Of a stretch of 64,000 bases of DNA, positions 28,606 through 46,151 are shown piece by piece. The stretch covers positions 12,338,001 through 12,402,000 of the forward strand of contig OZ024751.1 of NCBI GenBank assembly GCA_964016885.1, read 5' to 3'. The position numbers were made by a program, and so were the translations under genes. Position 1 is the first letter of the stretch; each line of letters opens with the position of its first letter. The notes beneath the pieces are model-generated. The model was not told the origin of the DNA. It ran no database searches and worked only from the letters and a program-made list of their open reading frames with translations. The stretch is from Eledone cirrhosa (lineage: Eukaryota).

Positions 28606-28750
28606 TGCATATATTATATATATATATGTATTTATATATATATATATATATTTACATAATACATATATAAATAATACATATACAATATATATATTACATA
28701 TATTTATATATATATATATGTATATATATAATACATATACTATATATATA

Positions 28751-28793
<43 letters not shown>

Positions 28794-29050
28794 CAAGTAT
28801 GTATAAGTATATGTATGTATCTATTAATATATATACTTATATATATATGTATATATGTATCTATAAATATATACATGTATATAGATATACATATATGCAT
28901 AAATATGTTCGTGTATATATGTATCTCCGAATATATACATATATATAGATATAGATATATGCAAAAATATGCTGGTATATATATATCTATATATATATAT
29001 ATATATATTGAGAAATAAATATACATACTGTTGGTAATATATATATGTAT

Positions 29051-29127
<77 letters not shown>

Positions 29128-29171
29128 TGTTATACTTTGGGAGGGTCATGTTGCCAACAAATTCAGAAACG

Positions 29172-29225
<54 letters not shown>

Positions 29226-29290
29226 ATAAATATATAATATATATATATATATATACATATATATATAATGACAAATATGTATACGTTTGG

Positions 29291-29417
<127 letters not shown>

Positions 29418-30111
29418 ACTTCGTATGGTTAAGAAGTTCCAATAGATTCAAATAAATTTGAATATTACATGAAAATATAAAATTATAACATAATGAAATA
29501 TATATCACCAGTTAGGTATAAATATAATATTGTACTTTTGTTTGAATATATATAATATAGTATGCCCATTTTTATATGTAAATCATATAAACATATATAT
29601 ATATATTATTGTGTTTTGCGTTATACATTTCGAAATATAAAATTAAGTTTAGGCATATATATAATATATCGATCTCTCAATGAACATATATAACAAAGAA
29701 AGTGTGGTAAGGAACTAGGTGGACCATAACGCACCAGAGTACTCGATACTTAGGGTAGTAGAATGAGTAATACGAAAAAAGGACATATATATATAGAAAG
29801 AGATTTGAAATTGAAGAAAAATACACAATTTTATTAGATTCATGCTTGGATATATATACGTATATATATATATATTAAGACGCTATATATAGGACACTAA
29901 GAATGTTCTTAAAAGGTTGCTCTATTAATCGAATGGAATCGACGTATGAAATAAAATTAAAAATACATAAAGGCAAATATTTAAATCTCTACGAATGTGA
30001 ACCCTAAAAATATTTTGCATGTTGTCGAGGTACATTCATATAATTTATATATAATTACATTTATATAGATTTAAATATAGACATATATATTCTCTCTCTC
30101 TATATATATAT

Positions 30112-30152
<41 letters not shown>

Positions 30153-30199
30153 CATATTATATAGCTATATATATAGAGAGAGAGATACATATACATATA

Positions 30200-30315
<116 letters not shown>

Positions 30316-30341
30316 TATATACATATATACATATATACACC

Positions 30342-30384
<43 letters not shown>

Positions 30385-30736
30385 ATATACATGCACAAAG
30401 CGTCGTGAGGCACAATTAGTTGAGCGTCATTTCGTTGACAAAGGTTTAAGGAAGCAGTCACTCACTGGGTTCGATTTAATCCAGTTTCACACACCCCCTA
30501 ATTTTTGGTATTGTATTTATATAGGTATTTACATTACACATATACTCGCACAATCCGACATGTATACATGCATATCTATACTCATATATATATATATATA
30601 CATTTATATTTACTTCTATCATTCTATATATATATATTAGATATATTTATATACAATTATATGTGTATGTATATAATTGCATGTATATAGAGAAAGAACC
30701 TTCTGTTTTTATATATTTTTGTATCGATATATAAAC

Positions 30737-30801
<65 letters not shown>

Positions 30802-31313
30802 TATGTATACTAAGCCGTACTAAGAGTGATAAATGAAATTTCACTTCATTCTTTTCCATTTATATATATATATTTATATATTTAGTCATATATATTTATA
30901 TATACGTTAGTTTACATATATATATATATATAAATATATATATGTGCATATATATACATGTGCGTGTGTGTGTCTGCATGTGAAATGTAGATGTCTGGGT
31001 GTGTCGGTCTTTTACCTATGAGAGAGTGAGATTTTATAACAATTGTTTTAGATATATATCAAGAAATTCTCATACTGATGTTTTCATAGATGTAATTCCA
31101 TGAGAGATATATCCGTAAAAAAAACAGGTATAAATAAATATATTTACTTAAACATCCATATGTGTATATATATATTTATTTCTTTCTATACATATGTATA
31201 TAAGCAATTATCTATGTACATACATATATACATATATACACTTTAGTAGTATGTATATACGCACATATATATATATACATATAGATATTTATATGTATAC
31301 ACACACACACACA

Positions 31314-31394
<81 letters not shown>

Positions 31395-31456
31395 CGTTTA
31401 TATATTAATATATATATATATATTAATATATATATATATAATTATATATATATATA

Positions 31457-31581
<125 letters not shown>

Positions 31582-31585
31582 ATTA

Positions 31586-31620
<35 letters not shown>

Positions 31621-31638
31621 ATTAATATATATATATAT

Positions 31639-31681
<43 letters not shown>

Positions 31682-31696
31682 ATTAATATATATATA

Positions 31697-31739
<43 letters not shown>

Positions 31740-32029
31740 ATTAATATATATATATATATATTAATATATATATATATATACCCACTCTACTACCCTAAGT
31801 ATTGAGTACTTTGGTGCGTTATGGTCCACCTGGTTCCTTACCACATTTCCTTCGGTATATATATATACAAATATATTAATAGAGATATATATAGATATAG
31901 ATATGGCTTCTACAGGACCACAACTGTTTCATTGGAAGGAAATCATTGCGAAAGTGCTAGGAATGTAGAATATACTGCTATGTATTGAGTACCTTACTTA
32001 CTGTGGGTAACCCCGATTGAGCACGGGAT

Positions 32030-32089
<60 letters not shown>

Positions 32090-32125
32090 TCATACATATT
32101 TGTATATTTATATCTCTTAATACAT

Positions 32126-32170
<45 letters not shown>

Positions 32171-32509
32171 TATACGTGTGTGTGTATGTGTATATATTAA
32201 AAGACATGATTAATTGTAGATATATAATGTACAAAGGTTTATATATACTTATATATTATATGTATGTATATGTGGTGGTATACATACGTAACAAGTCTAT
32301 ATATACAGATATATGAACTGCTTAGTGATATATATATATATATATTGATTCATATATACATGGGAATATGCAGTCTATATATTTTCAGAATACCTTTCAT
32401 GCATTCTCTTGTAACTGACCCTCACTAAGTTATTTATCTTGCACTAAGCTGTGTGTAAATGTATCTCATTCCCTACACACACACACTCACACACACACAC
32501 ACACACACT

Positions 32510-32541
<32 letters not shown>

Positions 32542-32551
32542 AATATATGTA

Positions 32552-32652
<101 letters not shown>

Positions 32653-32809
32653 GATTAAGAGTATATGTTCATGTGTGTGTAAATATCCATATCTATATAT
32701 ATATATACAGATGTATGTTTATGTGTGTATGTAATTCAATAGGAATTTGAGTTTATAAATGCAAGTATATATACATATATATTATATATATGTATATATA
32801 TATTCATAC

Positions 32810-32892
<83 letters not shown>

Positions 32893-33137
32893 GGTGTATT
32901 CATACATATATATACATTCATATATATATATATACATTCATATATATATATATACATACATATATATATATCTTCATACATACATATATATGTATGTATA
33001 TATATGTATATATATATATATATATATACATATATGTATATATATATATATAAATGGAATAGAATGAAACGAAATTTCATTTCTCACTCTTAGTACGGCA
33101 GTTACTTAAATACATACATAGATAATTATATATATAT

Positions 33138-33253
33138 GTAACTGTGTTGATCTTAATGAGAAAACTTGCTTTTTTATTTTAATTTACAAACTCTGGTGAG
33201 TCTATTTTGTGCCTTCCTTCATAAAACCACGAATCTACTGAACTACACACATA

Positions 33254-33287
<34 letters not shown>

Positions 33288-33403
33288 TATGTGTGTAGTT
33301 CAGTAGATTCGTGGTTTTATGAAGGAAGGCACAAAATAGACTCACCAGAGTTTGTAAATTAAAATAAAAAAGCAAGTTTTCTCATTAAGATCAACACAGT
33401 TAC
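33138..33403. repeat. Near-perfect palindrome of about 266 bp with a (TA)n centre
   Basis: 33138-33253 is the reverse complement of 33287-33403 apart from a one-base difference in a T/A run. Confidence 0.92.
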
Positions 33404-33677
33404 GACTGTTTCACAGTTAAATGGCTCAGGGCATAGGTAAATGTATATATGTTTGCGTGTGTATGTGTGTGGTATTCATTAATTTATTTACTAATTTTGT
33501 ATTGTGATCCATTGTTTAGATAAATAAAGTGATGCTACATATACATGCTTTCCATTCATCCATATATATATATATGTGTGTGTGTGTGTGTAATATATAT
33601 GTATGTGTGTAATACATATGTATACATACATATGTATACATATGTTTATATAGATCTATCTATTTATCTATCTATCA

Positions 33678-33778
<101 letters not shown>

Positions 33779-33900
33779 TGTGTGTGTGAGTGTGTGTATG
33801 GATATACATAGGGATTGTAATGTTCAGTTACTATAGGTTCACCAAAATTAGCACTCGACGCGTAATTTCCAGCAGTCTAATAATAATAATTCGTCCTTTT

Positions 33901-33935
<35 letters not shown>

Positions 33936-33954
33936 CATATATATATATACATAC

Positions 33955-33987
<33 letters not shown>

Positions 33988-34030
33988 CATATATATATAG
34001 ATAGATATTGGTATATATATATATATATAC

Positions 34031-34093
<63 letters not shown>

Positions 34094-34127
34094 CATATAT
34101 ATACCAATATCTATCTATATATATATG

Positions 34128-34192
<65 letters not shown>

Positions 34193-34259
34193 AAAAAAGA
34201 TGTAATCGAAAATGCAACTGGAGTCTTATTTTTAAAAAAATATATATATTTATTTGGTT

Positions 34260-34297
34260 CCTTTACCGGTTTCGCAGTTCTTCTGCTTTTCAAAAGT
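34260..34297 (-). ncRNA. Hammerhead ribozyme with U3:A8 core (copy of 16822-16859)
   Basis: Minus strand reads CTT-TTGAAAA-GCAG aagaa CTGC-GAAACCGGTA^AAGG...AATAAA. Host element about 34190-34330. Confidence 0.7.
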
Positions 34298-34368
34298 AGA
34301 TTTGAGGTGGAGGGTCTATGGTTTTTCTCACATATATATATATACATATATATATATGTATATATATG

Positions 34369-34456
<88 letters not shown>

Positions 34457-34513
34457 GTATATATATATATATGTGTATATATATATATATAAATATATAT
34501 GTACATATATATG

Positions 34514-34578
<65 letters not shown>

Positions 34579-34915
34579 GTATATATATATGTATATATAT
34601 ATATATATATATATGCGCATATAAACTTTTACCTGTATATGTGTGTGACCATCTGAAAGTGCAGAAAATTAGCTTTACTTTCCTATGAAATATGTGAGTG
34701 AAATTCGTGTACCTTCCCCTAGAAATAGTTTCATATATTCGAGAAATTCTTTTTTTAACCACGCGAGGCCTGTCTATATTAAACGAAAACATGGACTTTA
34801 ATAAATCGATGTTTTTATTACAAGCAATGGTGCCCGAGAGAGTGTAAGAAATTGCAGTCTTTGGAATGTCAAATTAATGACAATAATCATTCTAGTTAAT
34901 AATAAGTAATGTGTA

Positions 34916-35037
<122 letters not shown>

Positions 35038-35110
35038 CATATATATATTATTTATATATATATATATATTTATACATATGTATATATCTATATATATATA
35101 TATATATATC

Positions 35111-35255
<145 letters not shown>

Positions 35256-35269
35256 CATATGTATATATC

Positions 35270-35322
<53 letters not shown>

Positions 35323-35330
35323 ATATATTA

Positions 35331-35403
<73 letters not shown>

Positions 35404-35412
35404 GTATATATC

Positions 35413-35449
<37 letters not shown>

Positions 35450-35486
35450 CTATATATATATATATATATTTATACATATGTATATA

Positions 35487-35541
<55 letters not shown>

Positions 35542-35975
35542 CTATATATATATATATATATATGCATATATATATAAGTATATTTATAGAGAGATATAGA
35601 TATCTATATAGACACACACACAATCCCACACAGCAACTCACTCACACGCATACCCCCCCCCCCCCCCACACACACAGACGTATATATATATATATATATA
35701 TATATACCGTCAGCCATTAATCGTAGCACAGGCCATATCGAAGTTAATAACACCATCTGGTGAATGGACGGTAAATACCAATTTGATCTCCATTGACCAT
35801 TAATATAAAGAGTTTTTATTATTGGAAATATATTCAACTGTATAGGTGGCGCTCTATCAGGTTTTTGTTTATATTACACTTCTGCCGATAGAGGGTGTTA
35901 GTGTGTTAGTGTGTTAGGTGTTAGGTGTTCGGATATATATTGATTTCTGATGCTTCCTGTGCATGATTTAAAATC

Positions 35976-36028
<53 letters not shown>

Positions 36029-36064
36029 CATATATATTCATATATGCTTATATGCAAATATGTG

Positions 36065-36119
<55 letters not shown>

Positions 36120-36120
36120 G

Positions 36121-36189
<69 letters not shown>

Positions 36190-36226
36190 ATATATATATA
36201 TATATTCATATATGCTTATATGCAAA

Positions 36227-36275
<49 letters not shown>

Positions 36276-36472
36276 ATATAAGCTTATAAGCAAATATATG
36301 TATGTATATATATTTATGTATATATATATATACATAAATAATGTGCATTGTCTGCATTTCTTAATTATTCCATACAAATAAATATGAGATATGTACGTAA
36401 ATATATATATGTATGTGTGTGTGTGTGTGTGTGTGTGTATATACATATATATATAAATAAATAAATAAATAA

Positions 36473-36522
<50 letters not shown>

Positions 36523-36529
36523 ATATATT

Positions 36530-36728
<199 letters not shown>

Positions 36729-36770
36729 ATATATATATATATATACATATATAAGTGTGTATATATATAT

Positions 36771-36837
<67 letters not shown>

Positions 36838-36873
36838 AGTATTGAAATTTCAGTTAGAAACAGTATATATATG

Positions 36874-36948
<75 letters not shown>

Positions 36949-36949
36949 G

Positions 36950-36980
<31 letters not shown>

Positions 36981-37056
36981 TATATATGTGTAATATATAT
37001 AAATATATATAAGTGTATATATATATATATAAGTGTATATATATATATATATAATA

Positions 37057-37210
<154 letters not shown>

Positions 37211-37224
37211 AGTATATATATATA

Positions 37225-37272
<48 letters not shown>

Positions 37273-37533
37273 TATACATATATATGTATATATGTATATA
37301 TATATGTATGTATATGTATATTTATATATGTATATATATATATGTGTGTGTGTGTGAGATCGAGCCTTGATGCCTATGTCCAGTAACGTAGCGTTTCGAC
37401 ATATTTATGATCCACAAATAAAGTGCCGGCACCGATAGAATTGTCAAAATCCTCGTGTTTTCCACGAAGACACATACATATATACATACATACTTTCATC
37501 CATACGTACACACACACACACACGTATATATAT

Positions 37534-37617
<84 letters not shown>

Positions 37618-37686
37618 ATATATAAATATATATATACATATTATGCATATTATACATATTTATACGTTTGTATATATCTCTCTCTC

Positions 37687-37745
<59 letters not shown>

Positions 37746-37868
37746 TTAAAAATATATGTATTTTATACACATGTATATATTTGTATATATCTATATATAT
37801 ATATATATATGCATGTATATGTATGTATATTTGTTTTCTTATGCATGTATGTAAACGTGTATTTGAGC

Positions 37869-37922
<54 letters not shown>

Positions 37923-37973
37923 ATGTGTAAGTGGACAAGTGTGTCTGTGTGTGTGCATGTATCTACGTATGTA

Positions 37974-38017
<44 letters not shown>

Positions 38018-38070
38018 ATGTGTAAGTGGACAAGTGTGTCTGTGTGTGTGCATGTATCTACGTATGTATG

Positions 38071-38123
<53 letters not shown>

Positions 38124-38458
38124 GTCTGTGTGTATATATATATTTTTCTCTGATGCATGTATATACATGTGTATGTGAGCATGTGTGTGTGTGTATGTGT
38201 GTGTATGCACCTTAATAGACGAATAAATAGATGGCATTAATTTTAATACTAACCGTTTAATGTAAACAAACAATCCATTTGTCCATCCATCTCGCAAGAC
38301 TGGCAGGCAGGAATCCAACAATCCATTCAAGCTATCCATCCATACAAACTCCAACAACACCCCCACCACACACACACAACCACCGCCATTACGACCATGT
38401 ACACACGTCAATCGATCCAGCTATTCTTCAATGCGTAACATGCACCAATATATATATT

Positions 38459-38527
<69 letters not shown>

Positions 38528-38569
38528 TATATGCATGTGTGTATGTTCAAATATATGTATATATATGTA

Positions 38570-38608
<39 letters not shown>

Positions 38609-38756
38609 ATACATATATTCATTTATATATATGTACATATATATAGATATATTCATATATATATATACACATATATATATGTATATATATATATATACAC
38701 ACACATATATATATATGTATATTTATGTACATATATAAATATATATACATATATAT

Positions 38757-38823
<67 letters not shown>

Positions 38824-38882
38824 CATATATATTTATACATATATAAAAATATATATATATTTATATATATACATATATGTAC

Positions 38883-38948
<66 letters not shown>

Positions 38949-39016
38949 GTATATATTTATATATATATTTATATATACATATATATATATATGTGTGTGT
39001 ATATATATATATATAT

Positions 39017-39064
<48 letters not shown>

Positions 39065-39080
39065 ATCCATATATATATAC

Positions 39081-39124
<44 letters not shown>

Positions 39125-39134
39125 GTATATATAT

Positions 39135-39230
<96 letters not shown>

Positions 39231-39280
39231 ATATGTATATATATACACACACATACATATATATATGTGCATATATATAG

Positions 39281-39339
<59 letters not shown>

Positions 39340-39656
39340 TATGAATATATAACTTTGGAGCTACTCACTACCGCCATAAGCCCATCATTGTTTCAAAAAC
39401 ATATATTTCATTATAATTGAATAAGTAATTAATTCATACACATGTATAAATATATTACGTTTCTATATATGTGTGTATATATGTATGTGTGTATGTAAGT
39501 ATGTAAGAAGTTGAGTGTTTCCATGCATATACATAAATACTTATAAAATCATACATTCATCTAACATTATAAAAACTCGTACATATGTCCCGAATATTTA
39601 TACATATATACCTATATGTATCTATCTATTTATATATATATATATATGTATATAAT

Positions 39657-39723
<67 letters not shown>

Positions 39724-40339
39724 ATATATATATATATATATATAAACAAATATATATATATATATATAAACAAACATATATATTTATATATATAAACATA
39801 CATATATATGTCCATGTGTATATATGTTTATATATAGACATATATATGTATGTCCATCTACATATATATATATAATTATATATATATATATACATATACA
39901 TATGTCTGTTAATGTATATAAATATTTATATATATATAGGCATCTATATATATTCATGTTTTAATATAATTATATACATATAGACATAGACATACATATA
40001 TGCATCTATATATATATATACATTTAATGTTTATTGATATGCATCTCTATAGATATATTTATCTTCAAACAGACTCACACATACACACAAACACACACAT
40101 ACATGTTCATAAGTGTGTATGTACACTAATCCATTAATTAACACGTTTAATTGGTCTGTGTGATATATGCTGTTAAATGAAATAGTATTAATTGAATATA
40201 AAATATTTCCTACAATTCTATTTCAAAATCTCTTTTTATATATATTTCTTTTCATTCATTTATATATTTATACATGAGAGCAAATTAAGATACCAATTTT
40301 ATAAAAGTATTTATTTGTATAAACAAAATTTAAGCTCTA

Positions 40340-40915
40340 TTTTTTTTCTCTTTGACAAAATTTATCAAGTGCCGTTCGAAAACACCTCTGTCTTCTCTTT
40401 TCTCCGTTCTTTTCCCTCCAGCAGATTCGTGCCTTATCAATCATTCGGTGGACTTTCACACTTCTTTCAAGATTTGGATCAAAGTCCATAAATTGTTGTT
40501 GCTTCAACTGTACAACAGTGTAAACTGTTTTCTGAAGCTCTTTCTAATTCATTAGTTTTATTATTTTTGTTAATATTTTCTCCTTTTGAACCTTCGTCAA
40601 CATTGTGTTTATAGGCTCGCTTTTTTATCGAAGTTAATGAGGTAGTTATTGCTCAATTCTTCAGGGTGTTAGTTCACTAATTACGGCCCATTCCCCGAAT
40701 CTACTTCACTAAATCCTAACACATGTCCAATGGCGTCAATATCATGAACAACTGTTTGCTAACTAAACCCTACTTAAAGAAGCAATAACTTCTTTCTATA
40801 AAACACACGTGTTGCTTGGTGTCATTGCTGTCACACCTGCCGAATGTTGCATATAGTATATTAAATTTCTCCCAGAATAGGTCTAATACAATGAGATTAT
40901 TAATCGAAGTATCAT
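40340..40915 (-). pseudogene. Decayed Tigger/pogo-like transposase C-terminal remnant
   Basis: Minus-strand pieces in shifting frames (LDLFWEKFNILYA; VVHDIDAIGHVLGFSEVD; HPEELSN; FMDFDPNLERSVKVHRMIDKA...RTALDKF) follow the motif order I recall for Tigger/TIGD1 C-termini. Confidence 0.6.
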
Positions 40916-41682
40916 TTATTGTTTATTCCAACGAGATTTTATATGTTCATGTGTGTATGGAATCGTAGTTCCTGATAGAATCGTGGGGCAGGCTTCGTTA
41001 CGTACAGCATGGCTAGAAACTTTAAAACACAAACAACCTCTAGGGAATCAGAGTGAGTGCAAGAGAAAGGAAGGGAGAAATCGATTTAGAAGTAACGTAG
41101 TCTGTAGTACTGAGCTGGTAGTTTTTTTCGATCTCGAGAGGAGCAAGTGTAAAACAAGACTTCGACGGGATTTGCATTCAGAGGAAGCAGCGAGCCAGAA
41201 AGAATACCGCAAGGCATTTTATCGGAGACTCTAACCAATCTGCCAATTTACCGCCTTCTGAATTTAGATAATAGGCCATAAAATGTTCATTACTCACAGA
41301 ATCCATAGGCTTCAACATGGATGACTTATCGGAAGCAAAATCACGATTTTTACATTTATCGAATGAAAATAAACAAGGGCATAACCTAGAGGCAACAGTA
41401 CTGGAAAGTTTATATTATTTTCTTAACGATACATATACAAACGATATTAAGCACCGCCATAGCATGCAGGACAGTATTCTGTCTTGTTGAATTTAAAGGT
41501 TCTGCGGGAGTGTCCTTGTTCCGTAATCATGTATCAAAACAGATTCGACTGTGGCTAAAAGCTGTCTCCTCGTAAAACAACCGGCTACATATTTACATCG
41601 TACTTAATCATATTTCGGTGACTATGTCACCTTCTCAAAAGATAGGTTTTGGGGAGTGAGAGTGTATATATATTTATATATT

Positions 41683-41715
<33 letters not shown>

Positions 41716-41717
41716 AA

Positions 41718-41749
<32 letters not shown>

Positions 41750-41753
41750 ATAA

Positions 41754-41785
<32 letters not shown>

Positions 41786-42734
41786 ATAAATATATATATA
41801 TATATACTTATATACATACATATACTCATATGTACATACATATATTTACATATTTAAATATACATACACACATATATATATATATGTGTATTTATATATA
41901 TATATGCGCGCGCGCGTGTTTGTGTGTGTGTGTGTGTGTATGTATGTGTGTGAGTATGTGTGTATGCGTGCATACATATAAATTGGCACATGTGAGTTTG
42001 AATTAGAAGATTCGGTGGAGCATCAGTTATGTTGTATTGTGTAACTCACTGTGAATATCTGACGTTAGATTTCGAAACCGGCCGCTGTCAAATTTGATAT
42101 TTACTTCTCTGTAATAAATATTATCGGCTGTGGTTAACACTAAAAAAACGATAGATTCCGCTGGCAAACCCAAGACCCACGGCATATATACCTAGATTGT
42201 TTGATTAGTTATCTCAAACAATTTTGGGCATAAGACATTGATCGACCAGTCATTATACTCAGTTGTGGATTAAGTTGAAGATCACAACATTTCAAGGAGC
42301 CAACTTCAATGCATACATACTCTCAGACACACTCACATCCACACACACAGACACACTCACATACACACACACAAAAATCACTTGTATAAGTTATATACAC
42401 TCATTTATACATATGTATTCATATACATACAAACACACAAACACACAAACACAAGCACAGAAACACACACACACACACACACAGAAACACACACACACAC
42501 AAACAGACACACACAGACACACACACAGACACACTCACATACACACACACAAAAATCACTTGTATAAGTTATATACACTCATTTATGCATATGTATTCAT
42601 ATACATACAAACACACAAACACACAAACACAGAAACACACACACACACAGAAACACACACACACACAAACAGACACACACACAGACACACACACAGACAC
42701 ACACACACAGACACACACAGACACAGACACACAC

Positions 42735-42771
<37 letters not shown>

Positions 42772-42943
42772 CCATTGAAATGGATTCGGCTTGAGCGTAG
42801 GCCTTAAAAAATATATATATATATATATATGTGTGTGTTCGTGTGTATGAGTGAGAGAGAGTGTCTGTGTATGTATACACACATGCGAGGTGTGTTTATG
42901 ATTGTATGTACGTAATATATAATATATATAATAGAAAAGTATG

Positions 42944-43002
<59 letters not shown>

Positions 43003-43588
43003 GTATATATATGTATGTGCGTATGTGTGTATGAGTGTAAATGTGATTCTCCCCCTTTTCTTCTTATCACACAAGAACAATATTTCATTGCTCTCGACTC
43101 TTAACAACAACAATAACAACAACAACAAAAAGAAACTCATACTCACTCACAAAAATGACTCAAATAAATTTCATATATAAATTTCATTTCAATCAAACAA
43201 AATGTTTCATTGTAAATAATTTAATAAAGAATATTCCAAAAGTTGTATTTCTTCTGCCCAATTCCACGTTTGTATATATTTGCTATATACATAAATAAAA
43301 TATATGTCATCAATGCGGAGTATATTTGCCTTTCTCTATATATTCTACATATATTATTAATGCAATTATAGGGCTCTACACACTTTAATTTACTTAGTGT
43401 GTATAAAATTTTTAAATACCGATCGCTTCTTTATTTTCATTTTTATGTAGTGTTTTATGAAAAAGTGTATACGTGTTTACAGGAATATGAATATATATAT
43501 ATGTTTATATATATATATGTGTATGTGTATGTCTTTGTGTGGAAAGTGTGTTTGGACGAGTTTATATGTGTATATATAAATATGTATT

Positions 43589-43620
<32 letters not shown>

Positions 43621-43774
43621 AATATGTATATATATATATACATATATATGCATGCATATAAATGTATGATTATATATATATATATATACAGATATATATA
43701 TATACACATATATATATAAATTTATATATATATATATATGCATATAAATGTATAGATTTTACACACACACACAG

Positions 43775-43882
<108 letters not shown>

Positions 43883-43977
43883 GTTAAACAATATTCAATG
43901 ATTATGTCAAAGAATGAGTTTTACAGTAGATTGGAAGCACTCAACGTTTAAAAAAAAAATTATTTTCTGGAGTTATT

Positions 43978-44265
43978 AATATTAAAATATAAATATTAAT
44001 AAAATAGATGTTCTTTTGATCAATTACATTTTATTATACATATTTCGGATGTACAATAGTACGTCCTCATCAGACAAAATATAATGATACATGACATACC
44101 CATGACATACCCTGACATACCCATATCTTAACCATTTAACATCTCAGGGTATGTTATGTATATATTTTGTCGGATGAGGACGTACTGTTGTACATCCGAA
44201 ATATGTATAATAAAATGTAATTGATCAAAAGAACATCTATTTTATTAATACTTATATTTTAATAT
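43978..44265. mobile_element. Fold-back element with mirror-image HHRs
   Basis: 43978-44082 is the reverse complement of about 44161-44265. The spacer has TGACATACC x3 and an inverted copy. Confidence 0.8.
44029..44079 (-). ncRNA. Type I hammerhead ribozyme
   Basis: TTTTGT-CTGATGA-GGACGTAC tatt GTACATCC-GAAA-TATGTATA^ATAAAA. The mirror copy at 44165-44215 (+) has its core mutated to CGGATGA. Confidence 0.75.
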
Positions 44266-44341
44266 ATAGATATATATATATATAAATGTATATATATATA
44301 TATATATAGGTATCTATCCGTCAATATCTCTCTTTCTGTCC

Positions 44342-44372
<31 letters not shown>

Positions 44373-44396
44373 ATAAAATATGATATATATATATGG

Positions 44397-44444
<48 letters not shown>

Positions 44445-44591
44445 GTATACATCCTTATTTGCCAGAAATTGAAGCTAGATGGTTATGACTCTATCGTAAT
44501 TCTAGCATACATCGTGCATTGTTTATTAATTTATTGCACGTACGCATACGTATGTACATATACAGGTATACTTATATACTTACAGAGACAG

Positions 44592-44625
<34 letters not shown>

Positions 44626-44654
44626 TTATATATATATACATATATATGTGTGTG

Positions 44655-44701
<47 letters not shown>

Positions 44702-44765
44702 GTGCACTTTATTTATACACCTTTATACACCTTTTTATATATGTATGGGATATATATGTGTACAA

Positions 44766-44843
<78 letters not shown>

Positions 44844-45170
44844 ATCTATATGTATAAATGTGTATTAATACAGATCACAATTCTGTGGTTGGTACTAGGA
44901 AGTGGATCAAGCCGTAGAAACTGCTCCGTATGTGCAAGCAACGGCCAGCTGATCTGACTTATCTCATAACAGGACATTTCGTCTAACTCATGCTAGAGTG
45001 GACATTGGACGTTATGAATACATATATATATATATATATGCAAAAGTTCTATTTAAAATTGTTGGGATACAACAAGTAAATATTTTTATAACTGATATAA
45101 AGCACTCGACAAGTATTTGGAGTAGATATACGATATTAATAAATGGAAACTATATTTATAAAACCATATT

Positions 45171-45235
45171 TATTTCATTATACATATTTCAGGGATACCA
45201 AATTAAATTATGGTATGCCTTCATCAGACAAAATA
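45171..45235 (-). ncRNA. Type I hammerhead ribozyme
   Basis: TATTTTGT-CTGATGA-AGGCATACCA...TGGTATCCCT-GAAA-TATGTATA^ATGAAATA. Confidence 0.75.
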
Positions 45236-45491
45236 CAATATATAACAGTTTTACAAATAAGGTTTGACGTACCCTTTTAAAATGCAACCATTATTTTGGA
45301 AGCCATCGGGATAGTGAATTGTTTATATTATAAGTCAAAGTGTTAAGGACACTCCGTCTTTTTCTAATTGTTCTTAACACTATGACTTATTATAATAATA
45401 TAAACAATTCACTATCCGGATGGCTTCCAAAAATAATGGTTGCATTTTAAAAGGGTACGTCAAAGCTTATTTGTAAAACTGTTATATATTG

Positions 45492-45556
45492 TATTTTTTC
45501 TGATGAAGGCATACCATAATTTAATTTGGTATCCCTGAAATATGTATAATGAAATA
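45492..45556 (+). ncRNA. Type I hammerhead ribozyme (mirror copy)
   Basis: TATTTTTT-CTGATGA-AGGCATACCA...TGGTATCCCT-GAAA-TATGTATA^ATGAAATA. Confidence 0.72.
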
Positions 45557-45595
45557 AATATGGTTTTATAAATATAGTTTCCATTTATTAATATC

Positions 45596-45648
<53 letters not shown>

Positions 45649-46113
45649 AATTATATACAGGGAATTATATATTATATTTTATTCTTATTTTTATCTTTAT
45701 TATATTATACTGTAAACAATATATATATATATTTAAATACTTAATAAGTGTTAATTTGTGTTTGTACTAATGTATATATGTATAGATATATATATATACA
45801 TATATTAAGCTTTTTATTATCACCATCTATTATATTATATTATATATTATATTATATTCTATATCGTACTGTCATTCTCGCATTATATTACCATTTGTGT
45901 TTCAAGTTTTTGCATTATATAATATTTACAATGTGGGTTCAACATGTTAATCACTTCCCTGCTATTTGGTCTATATCTATGTTGTAACTGCTCGCTCTTA
46001 ATCTTAGCCTACCCTTTCCTTGATATCCTTCCTAGGCTTTAATAGATGTATACTCCATGTTCTTCTGAGTTTTTGGCTTGTATTGGCCGATAGTGCTTCT
46101 TGTAGCTTTACTT

Positions 46114-46151
46114 GCCCTGATGAGTCCTTAATAGGACGAAACATTGTTGGC
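46114..46151 (+). ncRNA. Minimal type I hammerhead ribozyme
   Basis: GCC-CTGATGA-GTCCT taat AGGAC-GAAAC-ATT-GTT^GGC, immediately followed by AATAAA (46153). Confidence 0.75.

Larger units (their letters stand above)
45127..45600. mobile_element. Fold-back element of about 475 bp with two HHRs
   Basis: Arms of about 220 bp, almost perfectly complementary, around a short spacer near 45345-45370. Ends in (TA)n. Confidence 0.9.
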
